This document shows positions 1-6,929 of a stretch of 64,000 bases of DNA, one piece after another (the first letter of the stretch is position 1; each line of letters starts with the position of its first letter). The position numbers were made by a program, and so were the translations under genes. The notes beneath the pieces are model-generated. The model was not told the DNA's origin. It searched no databases and saw only the letters and a program-made list of their open reading frames with translations. The stretch is from IMG/VR virus record IMGVR_UViG_3300005918_000015. One strand, written 5' to 3'. This DNA is from an uncultured virus (IMG/VR IMGVR_UViG_3300005918_000015). Its lineage: Duplodnaviria > Heunggongvirae > Uroviricota > Caudoviricetes.

Positions 1-1448
1 GGGTATGTGATGTTCTCAACAGGATCAACAGAGTTGTTCCTACCACCAGCATTCATATCTACGTCAAGTCTTCCACCTGTGCTAACTGAGCGTTTAGTAC
101 TGAAATGTATATGGTACCCACCAGCTTCTTTCATGTGGAGATCCAAATCGTCAGAGTTGAACCAACTCAGTGAACATCTGAGATCACCTGTAACATCTCC
201 TCCGGCCTTCTTAACTCTTTCTTTAATAGAGTCAGCTACTTCCCCTGCATAACTCCAGGAAAAAGCATTCGGCCATTTGAACATCAAAGGGGCATGTTCT
301 TGCTCTGGTGCAACCAAGCTGACAAAGTTTGGGTTGTGACGGTTTTCTACCAGAAGCTCAAGACTTTCAGCTTTAGGTAATACTTCTTTAAGGAAAATAT
401 CAATAGAAACCTCTTCCATTTTATCAGAGCTTTTGATCTTTTCAGAAGTTCCGGCAGCTACTTCATCAAACACGTCATTCATCAGTTCTTTTGCAGAACG
501 ATCAGCAAACAACACATCGGTAGCCGAGATGTCTTCCAGTACAGCAAGGCGTCTTTCGATGGATGGTAAGAAGCCAAGGTCTTCGATTGTTTTTTTGGCT
601 TTGGCTACCATAGTTTTGGTTACTAATGCCGTTGGACGTTTGTAGTTTTCAGGTGCAACTTTTGCTTCAAAAGAACCTACTGCATGATCCAATGCAACTT
701 CATTGGACAAGTCAACAAGCAGAGTACCTATTGAAGTGCTTCGGATTCTGAGTGTTGCTTCTGAACCAGACTGAACTTTTGACCAGCAGAAAAACGTCTT
801 GTTTTCAGCTTTATCAAACTCAGTTTTCAGCTTTTTGAAGGCTGTAACTATAGCCTTCTGCTCTTCACCACGGTAAAGGGAATTCTGGCCGATGAGTTCA
901 AGAACGGTATCAATAGCATCAACTTTGATTTCTTCCAAAGAACGGAACATCACATCAAAGGTTGAACGGTATCTGCCGAGCTTGGTTCCAATGTCTGATT
1001 TCTGGCATTGTAAACTTGCAGGGAGTTTGAGATAAAAGTGTTCCCATTGAATCCTGTCGGTGGTGCCTTCTTTTTCCTCAAAGTTCTTGTCCACTCCAAT
1101 AGCACTTTCACTGTGAAGGAAGACGTTTTCAATAGCACAGGACTTCACAAGAGCGGATAAAGCATCCGTAACAGGTTGATAACCCTCACCAACCTCTACA
1201 TCCCACAGGCTTACCAACTCACCCTTATGGATGACAACCATACCACCAGCTTGTTTAATGAACTGACGGCAGCAAGAACAATCGTGTTCCGTTCGTTCTC
1301 GGAAAATTGGGTTAGTGCCTTCTTCAAAAGAATTCAGGTAAGTTTCCCAGAGCAGGTCTCTGTCGACATTTACTCGAAAAACACTACCTAACTTTTGCAT
1401 TTTGCTAAAATGCACACTTATAGCTTTTTTAAAAATTGAAAAATTCAT
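1..1448 (-). CDS. Large phage protein, truncated at window edge; Cys-rich N-terminus, C-terminal YfaP/DUF2135-like segment
   Basis: Absent from the ORF track because it runs off the window. ATG at 1448 follows a GGAG RBS. Reads MNFSIFKKAISVHFSKMQKLGSVFRVNVDRDLLWETYLNSFEEGTNPIFRERTEHDCSCCRQFIK...; near the edge it reads DLDLHMKE...GRLDVDMNAGG...DPVENITY. Confidence 0.8.
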   Translation of the reverse strand, partial: MNFSIFKKAISVHFSKMQKLGSVFRVNVDRDLLWETYLNSFEEGTNPIFRERTEHDCSCCRQFIKQAGGMVVIHKGELVSLWDVEVGEGYQPVTDALSALVKSCAIENVFLHSESAIGVDKNFEEKEGTTDRIQWEHFYLKLPASLQCQKSDIGTKLGRYRSTFDVMFRSLEEIKVDAIDTVLELIGQNSLYRGEEQKAIVTAFKKLKTEFDKAENKTFFCWSKVQSGSEATLRIRSTSIGTLLVDLSNEVALDHAVGSFEAKVAPENYKRPTALVTKTMVAKAKKTIEDLGFLPSIERRLAVLEDISATDVLFADRSAKELMNDVFDEVAAGTSEKIKSSDKMEEVSIDIFLKEVLPKAESLELLVENRHNPNFVSLVAPEQEHAPLMFKWPNAFSWSYAGEVADSIKERVKKAGGDVTGDLRCSLSWFNSDDLDLHMKEAGGYHIHFSTKRSVSTGGRLDVDMNAGGRNNSVDPVENITY

Positions 1449-1526
1449 TTGTATTACTCCTTTGTGATGTCTGTTTATCTAAGTGGCTTTGACCACTAGC
1501 TCATTCAATATTACCCTAAAAAAGTT

Positions 1527-1656
1527 TGAATGCACCCCCAACGACCGATGGGCCGTACTCCTAATGTGAATTATAGAGACCCGTAAAGTTGCACCTAGGC
1601 ACCATGTCACATCACGGTGATTCCTAGTCAGGCTTCAACGACTGGGAGAACATTCA
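1527..1656 (-). ncRNA. Candidate structured RNA, 3-way junction with possible kissing loops
   Basis: Closing stem UGAAUG..CUCCCAG / UUGGGGG..CAUUCA encloses two hairpins whose loop regions AUGUGA and UCACAU are complementary. Confidence 0.45.
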
Positions 1657-1693
1657 GGCCGGTAATTAATCGGCCTCTTTCAAATTTAAAAGA

Positions 1694-1762
1694 ATACCCT
1701 ACTGGGTTTGCACCAGCATCTCCCTACTCCACGTAGGGCGGTCTTAATTAGACGAAGGGCTC
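1694..1762 (-). ncRNA. Aberrant tRNA-like RNA (5-nt anticodon loop, no CCA)
   Basis: GCCCU/AGGGU acceptor-like stem, D-like arm, CCCUAC-GUGGA-GUAGGG arm, GCUGG-UGCAAAC-CCAGU T-like arm. Confidence 0.55.
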
Positions 1763-1843
1763 TCGTAAAACAATCCAACTAATACCAAGTTCTTAAAAGG
1801 CTAAGACTGCCTCATGGTATTGTTTTCATGTCTCACTATTCAA

Positions 1844-1934
1844 ATTCTATGTTGGACAACACGACCTTTGCACCCTACGGGTCATCCTAAGATGTAACCT
1901 ACGGGTTATCTAGTCATGTCGTCTAACATAGAAT
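1844..1934 (-). ncRNA. Candidate ncRNA: 23-bp stem capped by three small hairpins
   Basis: AUUCUAUGUUAGACGACAUGACU pairs with GGUCGUGUUGUCCAACAUAGAAU (3 G-U, 1 mismatch on the minus strand). Internal hairpins are UAACC-CGUA-GGUUA, CAUC-UUAG-GAUG and ACCC-GUA-GGGU. Confidence 0.6.
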
Positions 1935-1941
1935 CGAAAAA

Positions 1942-2017
1942 TGGTGGAGCTGGCGGGAGTCGAACCCGCTACCTCTTGAATGCCATTCAAGCACTCTACC
2001 AGATGAGCTACAGCCCC
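1942..2017 (-). tRNA. tRNA-Ala(GGC)
   Basis: Cloverleaf GGGGCUG...CAGCUCC-A-CCA, anticodon arm CUUGA-AU-GGC-AU-UCAAG, G3-U70 pair. Confidence 0.95.
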
Positions 2018-2289
2018 AAAATATGTCGGTAGTAGTGACGATAAAACAGTCGTCCCATTTATAACCCCATGCGGGGTAACTACCTAAATTTTCAGACAAT
2101 AATGATAAACCTTGTTAGTTCCTAGCTCCATCTATCCAATAAGCATCCGGCTAAACGACCTATCCGGCAGGTATTTGTATTATCATTATCACCATATCAA
2201 GTTTCTTAAGATGGGCGTCGAAAGGCTTTAAGGAAACCGCGTCAACGACGAGATTCAATAAAGGTTGACCCCTTCAACTAACCCGCTTT

Positions 2290-2601
2290 CTATTTTCTTT
2301 TCAAAGGTTCAAACCAAGTGTTTTCTTCATTTTCATCAGCCCATTCGTTGGCTATGTGTTCTGCTTGGTAGGGATTAGTTCTCCCGTCTCCAAAGTAGAT
2401 AGCACCCCAATCAAGATCTCTACTACCCGCTTTACCACGGTTACGATCTTGACGATGAATGAAGTTGAAGTCCTCTTCTTCAATGTGAAGAAGTTGTCGT
2501 ATTTTACGACGAATTGCCCGACTTGTAACTTGCTTGCCTTTTTTGGAATGATTTCCACCAGTGGCAAAGCTAAATGCAGGCTTACGGTATGACCGTGACA
2601 T
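2290..2601 (-). CDS. Small basic hypothetical protein (MSRSYRKP...)
   Basis: AGGAGG RBS precedes the ATG at 2601, internal to the track ORF 2290..2691. Arg/Lys-rich. Confidence 0.75.
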   Translation of the reverse strand: MSRSYRKPAFSFATGGNHSKKGKQVTSRAIRRKIRQLLHIEEEDFNFIHRQDRNRGKAGSRDLDWGAIYFGDGRTNPYQAEHIANEWADENEENTWFEPLKRK

Positions 2602-2733
2602 TGTGACCTCCTTTTTAAAGGTTTCACAACATGACGGACCTCCTTCCTTGGTTAAAGATACTGAGCTGTAGGCCAAAAATACCCACACCATCTAATAGAT
2701 GCCTTCACTTAGGCAAAGGTACTCAGTAAGTCA

Positions 2734-2922
2734 TTCAGTATATTATGCCGAGCTATGAGTCATGAACTCATCAACCAATCTTTAAGTAAAACACACTCCC
2801 AAAGCTTAACTGAGAAGCTGATCAGCACTTGATACAGCTCGTAGGCAGCTACCTACAATGAATTACCAAACCAGATTAACCGCCCCTTACAGGAACAGGG
2901 ACTCTCGACATAATACACCGAA
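2734..2922 (-). ncRNA. Candidate ~190-nt ncRNA closed by a 19-bp terminal stem
   Basis: UUCGGUGUAUUAUGUCGAG pairs fully with CUCGGCAUAAUAUACUGAA (3 G-U pairs, consistent with minus-strand RNA). No ORF; internal hairpins present. Confidence 0.55.
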
Positions 2923-2935
2923 CAGTTTAAATTAT

Positions 2936-3006
2936 CAACCCTTAGCAGGGATTGAACCTGCATTCTCCACTATACGTGGCATCCTACCGTTAGAAGATAA
3001 GAGTTA
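2936..3006 (-). ncRNA. Aberrant tRNA-like RNA (shortened anticodon arm)
   Basis: 9-bp acceptor-like stem UAACUCUUA/UAAGGGUUG, D-loop AACGGUA, CCAC-GUAUA-GUGG arm, canonical T arm GCAGG-UUCAAUC-CCUGC. No CCA. Confidence 0.6.
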
Positions 3007-3088
3007 GATGTGCAATCCCCTAAACAATCAAAGCCTTTCCTAGGATGCTCTTCTTTAATCTAGGTTCTTACAATTATCAAAAAACCGG

Positions 3089-3230
3089 TGGGTAACAGAC
3101 AACCGTGAAAGGATTGTTACTTCCTATCTCGGCAAAGAGACAGATGAGTACCTTATGGTTGATGCCTTTAGTGAGGTTGGACTAGCTTTGCAGAGCATAC
3201 CAACTGAACTAATGCAGAGGTCTGAAACCC
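3089..3230 (-). ncRNA. Candidate structured RNA
   Basis: Ends pair (GGGU..CAGAC / GUCUG..ACCC), several internal hairpins, no ORF. Confidence 0.35.
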
Positions 3231-3240
3231 TAATTACCTT

Positions 3241-3368
3241 ATTCAATATCCTATCAGGAAATGCAGTTCCAGACAGTTAGATTTGAACCAACGTCCTCCT
3301 GCACTCTGGCAGGTGCTCTACCAGACTGAGCTACATCCAGATTTGCATGACCTGATACGATATTGAAT
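3241..3368 (-). ncRNA. tRNA-like cloverleaf mounted on a long extended stem
   Basis: AUUCAAUAUC-G-UAUCAGG..AUGCA / UGCAU..CCUGAUA-G-GAUAUUGAAU encloses a D arm (UAGCUCAGUCUGGUAGAGC), a 6-nt anticodon loop CAGAGU and a T arm GUUGG-UUCAAAU-CUAAC. Confidence 0.65.
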
Positions 3369-3398
3369 TGCTATTTAGTTTTCAATGAACGTCTTTCT

Positions 3399-3433
3399 TA
3401 CTACAACAACCCACGGGAATCCAAAACTAAGCC
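3399..3433 (-). promoter_or_regulatory. Conserved 35-bp phage promoter-like element (copy 1 of 18)
   Basis: GGCTTAGTTTT-N8-GTGGGTTGTTGTAGTA, upstream of the ncRNA block. Confidence 0.75.
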
Positions 3434-3445
3434 AAAGTTGTAAAA

Positions 3446-3520
3446 TGGAGACCCCGACGGGGATTGAACCCGCGTTACCGGATTGAGAGTCCAGCTTCCT
3501 AGCCACTAGAAGACAGGTCC
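3446..3520 (-). tRNA. tRNA-Glu(CUC)
   Basis: Anticodon arm CUGGA-CU-CUC-AA-UCCGG, T arm, CCA end; imperfect acceptor stem. Confidence 0.85.
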
Positions 3521-3772
3521 TTAATTTTTAGTTTCTTTTCTCCAAGTTACTGTTTTTAATTTGGGTTCTTGTGGTTTGTAGTTTTCCATACTATCACCAA
3601 ATACCCTTACAAGACCTACATTATTAACTGCTGCTGTTGAGTTTGTTGGTGTAGGGTTTGTTTTTATAACTTCTGGACAATGTTCACAATGAGGACATAA
3701 AGTCCAATCATTTGTGATTTCTTTTGAAGGAAACCATTCTAAACATTGCTGGCATTGTTTACGTTGTTCCAT
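3521..3772 (-). CDS. Small CxxC..CxxC zinc-finger protein
   Basis: AGGAG RBS then ATG at 3772; CQQC and CPHC motifs. The longer track ORF runs through tRNAs. Confidence 0.65.
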   Translation of the reverse strand: MEQRKQCQQCLEWFPSKEITNDWTLCPHCEHCPEVIKTNPTPTNSTAAVNNVGLVRVFGDSMENYKPQEPKLKTVTWRKETKN

Positions 3773-3798
3773 AGTAAAATAATCTCCTAAGTAAAAAA

Positions 3799-3872
3799 TG
3801 GAGCGGGTAACCGGACTCGAACCGGTATCTCCAACTTGGAAGGCTGGGGCCCAACCCTTAGACCATACCCGC
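3799..3872 (-). tRNA. tRNA-Gly(UCC)
   Basis: GCGGGUA...UACCCGC-U-CCA; anticodon arm CCAGC-CU-UCC-AA-GUUGG. Confidence 0.95.
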
Positions 3873-3909
3873 TTACATATACTGATTATCATACCCTTAA
3901 AATTAAAAA

Positions 3910-3984
3910 TGGTACGGGCGGAGGGGATCGAACCCTCGACAATTGGTTTATCAGACCAATCTTCTACCACTGAAATACACCCGT
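3910..3984 (-). tRNA. tRNA-Ile(GAU)
   Basis: Anticodon arm UUGGU-CU-GAU-AA-ACCAA; CCA end. Confidence 0.93.
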
Positions 3985-3990
3985 TTAAAA

Positions 3991-4066
3991 TGGTGGGACT
4001 GGGGCGGCTCGAACGCCCTACTTACGAATTAAAAGTTCGTTGCTCTACCTGTTGAGCTACAGTCCC
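3991..4066 (-). tRNA. tRNA-Lys(UUU)
   Basis: GGGACUG...CAGUCCC-A-CCA; anticodon arm ACGAA-CU-UUU-AA-UUCGU. Confidence 0.95.
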
Positions 4067-4749
4067 TAATGGTTTCTTAGGTGTTTCCGAATGGCATTAT
4101 CAGAAACCCCAAGTTTTTTTGCTACTTGTGTCATAGGCATACTGTTTACTAACACCATCAAGTCTTTATAGGATGGCCATTCTATTTTAGTGGGCCTTAC
4201 CCTTGACTTTTCTGCACAAATTTTACATTGTTGTGAAGTATGGAACTTTACTCTTCCACAAGAACAAATAGTTTTATCTGATTGAGGTTTTCGGTATTTA
4301 TTACGTCCTTTATAAGTAGGGAGTTGGGAATCACAATGAGGGCATATAATTCTTAAATTTTCTATCCTGTTATCAGAGCTATCCCCATTTATATGGTCTA
4401 AGTGTAAGATTAAAGGCTGACCTTTCCAGATTGGCTCCTGCCCACATAAGGAACATACATTATTTAAGAGTTTCTTTGACAACAACCGATGTTTTAAATT
4501 ATATGTTGATGTGTTTGGTGAATTAGAAACCAGTATCTCTGATAGTTTCCTTTTTTTATGATACCTACTAATATTATTTGATAAATGTGATACATCAACA
4601 CCATCATTAAGTGCTCTAGTTAATAATGTCATCCTGTTTGAACCTACAGGGCGTAACCCACATCTAGTGAGGGCTTCAGACATTGTTTTAGATACTTGGA
4701 TAATATCTCTAAATTCATCAATTGTTTTTTCATAAATAATACTAGGCAT
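4066..4749 (-). CDS. Free-standing HNH endonuclease with C-terminal HTH (probable homing endonuclease)
   Basis: CSLC...LHLDHINGDSSDNRIENLRIICPHCDS motif, C-terminal QVAKKLGVSDNAIRKH, GGAGG RBS before ATG 4749. Confidence 0.9.
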   Translation of the reverse strand: MPSIIYEKTIDEFRDIIQVSKTMSEALTRCGLRPVGSNRMTLLTRALNDGVDVSHLSNNISRYHKKRKLSEILVSNSPNTSTYNLKHRLLSKKLLNNVCSLCGQEPIWKGQPLILHLDHINGDSSDNRIENLRIICPHCDSQLPTYKGRNKYRKPQSDKTICSCGRVKFHTSQQCKICAEKSRVRPTKIEWPSYKDLMVLVNSMPMTQVAKKLGVSDNAIRKHLRNH

Positions 4750-4867
4750 TTGAACCTCCATTCTTAGTGCTTTACACACTTAGAGGGTTCAATAATACAA
4801 AAATTGAAAAAACACCCAAGAGGGTGCTCGGTGTCCTGTGTTAGACGAGAAGGTAATAATTATACGA

Positions 4868-4976
4868 TGGAGGGGAGGTTGGTAGATTCGAACTACCTCG
4901 ACCCCGTAAGACATGCAAAACAAAGAGGTCTTTCCCTATAGAGTTATTGCTGGCCATACAATAACCCCTTCTCCCC
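4868..4976 (-). ncRNA. Enlarged tRNA-like RNA with CCA end
   Basis: GGGGAG/CUCCCC-U-CCA acceptor and T arm GGUAG-UUCGAAU-CUACC, but the D and anticodon arms are replaced by a 10-bp hairpin and a hairpin with a 19-nt loop. Confidence 0.6.
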
Positions 4977-4981
4977 ATAAA

Positions 4982-5058
4982 TGGTCCGATACCCCAGATT
5001 TGAACTGGGAACCTCTTGATCCCGAACCAAGCACCCTACCAGATTGGGCCAGTATCGG
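4982..5058 (-). tRNA. tRNA-Pro(CGG)
   Basis: Anticodon arm CUUGG-UU-CGG-GA-UCAAG; C1-G72, A73, CCA. Confidence 0.93.
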
Positions 5059-5181
5059 TTAATTTGCCATGTACTAAAAAGTGTGGCCACACCTTCCAGT
5101 ATTTGGGTTTAGTTACCTTCTCAGAGGATCACCCTGATATACGTCTAAAACCCGTTGCCCATGGCCCAGCAGTATTCAAAA

Positions 5182-5258
5182 TGGTCGGAGTAGACAGATT
5201 TGAACTGTCGGCTTCTTGACCCCCAGTCAAGCGGTCTACCAGACTGACCTATACCCCG
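5182..5258 (-). tRNA. tRNA-Pro(GGG)
   Basis: Anticodon arm CUUGA-CU-GGG-GG-UCAAG; CCA. Confidence 0.93.
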
Positions 5259-5309
5259 GAAAATGTTAATACAATATTGTGTTACACACAGATTTGTGTA
5301 GTAAAACAT

Positions 5310-5410
5310 ACTCGGGCAGGAGTCGAACCTGCATTACCAAGTTAATCCCTGGCGTGTTTCCTAAACCAACACTCATGAGGTATTGGTGTTTTTTTTATCA
5401 CTACCGAGTA
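5310..5410 (-). ncRNA. Aberrant tRNA-like RNA (expanded D region, 6-nt anticodon loop)
   Basis: UACUCGG/CCGAGUA stem, CCAGG-GAUUAA-CUUGG arm, T arm GCAGG-UUCGACU-CCUGC. No CCA. Confidence 0.55.
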
Positions 5411-5415
5411 AAAAA

Positions 5416-5492
5416 TGGTCGAGGTACTCAGATTCGAACTGAGGACTTCCTGCTCCCAAAGCAGGCGGACTACCAGACTGTCCTATACCTCG
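5416..5492 (-). tRNA. tRNA-Pro(UGG)
   Basis: Anticodon arm CCUGC-UU-UGG-GA-GCAGG; CCA. Confidence 0.95.
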
Positions 5493-5726
5493 TTATTTGT
5501 GTTTTCGTTTCTTTAATCTTGGAACAGACCCCATCGGAGTCCATTCATATTCCCCATCAATAGGGAATTTTTGTATTTGTTTAGGATAATCTCCTACACC
5601 TTTGATGAGTATTCGTTTCTGTTCACCTGTCAGGTTTAAACATTCCTCAGAATCCAAGATCCATCGGATACGTTCCCAAACTTGGTACTTGTTCTCACGT
5701 TCGACCTGAATGGAGAACTGTCCCAT
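5493..5726 (-). CDS. Hypothetical protein, possibly a 5'-truncated remnant
   Basis: The frame stays open upstream toward tRNA-Asp (GGSYAPPGSYEVEV...) without a start codon. Confidence 0.5.
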   Translation of the reverse strand: MGQFSIQVERENKYQVWERIRWILDSEECLNLTGEQKRILIKGVGDYPKQIQKFPIDGEYEWTPMGSVPRLKKRKHK

Positions 5727-5801
5727 ATTAGGGTCGTACTGAGAAACTTCTACTTCATAGCTTCCTGGCGGTGCATAGCTTCCTCCTGATGTAAAAATAA
5801 A

Positions 5802-5879
5802 TGGCGGAACATATGGGATTTGAACCCATGATCTCTGCCTTGACAGGGCAGCGTCTTAAGCCAACTAGACTAATGCTCC
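5802..5879 (-). tRNA. tRNA-Asp(GUC)
   Basis: GGAGCAU...AUGUUCC-G-CCA; anticodon arm CUGCC-CU-GUC-AA-GGCAG. Confidence 0.95.
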
Positions 5880-5887
5880 ATATATAA

Positions 5888-6433
5888 TTAAGTTCCTTGT
5901 AGAGCTGGAACTTGTTCACATTCTTCTCTTAATAGGGAGTACATTTTGTAATCCCTATGCTCACCTCTATTGAAAGCACATTTCCTCATCGTTCCTTCGT
6001 GCCGATAGTGACATTTCTCAGCTACTTTCTGGCAACCGATGTTATCAACATCCATCATAACTTGTAAACGAGGAGTTTCAAAGTTCTGGAAAAGATAATT
6101 AGACATGATCTTTAGTGCCTCAGTCATGTATCCTTTACTTCTGTGTTCGGCCTTAAAGATATGGAATCCGATCTCATACCCATTTACATAAGCACCATTT
6201 GAGAAGTACCCAATACTTCCGATAATGTTCTCTTGGGTGTTGCAGATAAGTAACCAACCCTCATCATTGTCCCACAAGCCTGTGTCCTTGAACTCTTTTT
6301 CGAGCTGAGACAGACTTCGAAGATATGAAGGCCAGAACTTACCTCTTTCAGTGAGATCGTTATCTAACTGAAGGTATTCTTCAAGGCCTTCTTTTCTGAA
6401 AGTTCTTAAAATAACTTTTTCACCTGTAATCAT
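5888..6433 (-). CDS. GNAT N-acetyltransferase, RimJ/RimL family
   Basis: EIGFHIFKAEHRSKGYMTEA (acetyl-CoA loop), NIGCQKVAEKCHYRHEGTMR. Confidence 0.9.
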   Translation of the reverse strand: MITGEKVILRTFRKEGLEEYLQLDNDLTERGKFWPSYLRSLSQLEKEFKDTGLWDNDEGWLLICNTQENIIGSIGYFSNGAYVNGYEIGFHIFKAEHRSKGYMTEALKIMSNYLFQNFETPRLQVMMDVDNIGCQKVAEKCHYRHEGTMRKCAFNRGEHRDYKMYSLLREECEQVPALQGT

Positions 6434-6474
6434 TTTCTCACCTCTATATAATGAACTTATTATATGATACCCAA

Positions 6475-6580
6475 AATGACGGGTTTCTCGGGAAGGGATT
6501 TGAACCCTCTTTACACTGACCTTTGGCCAGCATCTTTACCAGTATGTTGCATCTCCGATAATTCCCTAACAGACTGTCAT
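6475..6580 (-). ncRNA. Aberrant tRNA-like RNA
   Basis: T arm GAGGG-UUCAAAU-CCCUU, GCUGGCC-AAA-GGUCAGU arm, CUGGUA D-like loop, irregular extended closing stem. Confidence 0.5.
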
Positions 6581-6596
6581 GACAGTCCATTAACAA

Positions 6597-6672
6597 TGGC
6601 GACCGTATAGGGGTTTGAACCCTAGTTGCCGAATTGAAAGTCCGGTGTCCTGACCAATTGGACGATACGGTC
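6597..6672 (-). tRNA. tRNA-Glu(UUC)
   Basis: GACCGUA...UACGGUC-G-CCA; anticodon arm CCGGA-CU-UUC-AA-UUCGG. Confidence 0.95.
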
Positions 6673-6720
6673 ATTAAATGTTTTTGTCAGAAAAACTATA
6701 CTTTTTTCTGACAAAATAAA

Positions 6721-6795
6721 TGGCTCCTGGAACAGGATTCGAACCTGTATTGAGACGGTTAACAGCCGTCGGCCTTACCAATCGGCCATCCAGGA
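6721..6795 (-). tRNA. tRNA-Asn(GUU)
   Basis: UCCUGGA...UCCAGGA-G-CCA; anticodon arm GACGG-CU-GUU-AA-CCGUC. Confidence 0.95.
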
Positions 6796-6843
6796 ATAAA
6801 ATTTCAATTTGTCAACATCCAATAAACTTGGACATTCAAAAAT

Positions 6844-6919
6844 TGGGGTGGATGACGAGAATTGAACTCGCCTAAACTTGGGCCACAACCAAGCGGTCAA
6901 CCACTGACCCACATCCACC
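6844..6919 (-). tRNA. tRNA-His(GUG)
   Basis: G-1:C73 pair; anticodon arm CUUGG-UU-GUG-GC-CCAAG; CCA. Confidence 0.95.
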
Positions 6920-6929
6920 ATAATAAGAA

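Noticed and set aside
3089..3230. Hammerhead ribozyme
   Set aside because: CAGATGAG and GAAA occur on the plus strand, but the core is not CUGAUGA and the stems do not assemble correctly.
4868..4976. tmRNA
   Set aside because: It has a GGGG start and CCA end, but only 109 nt, no G3-U70 alanine identity and no tag reading frame.
3991..4976. Group I intron with HNH inside a tRNA
   Set aside because: tRNA-Lys is complete and uninterrupted, and no split tRNA halves flank the HNH gene.
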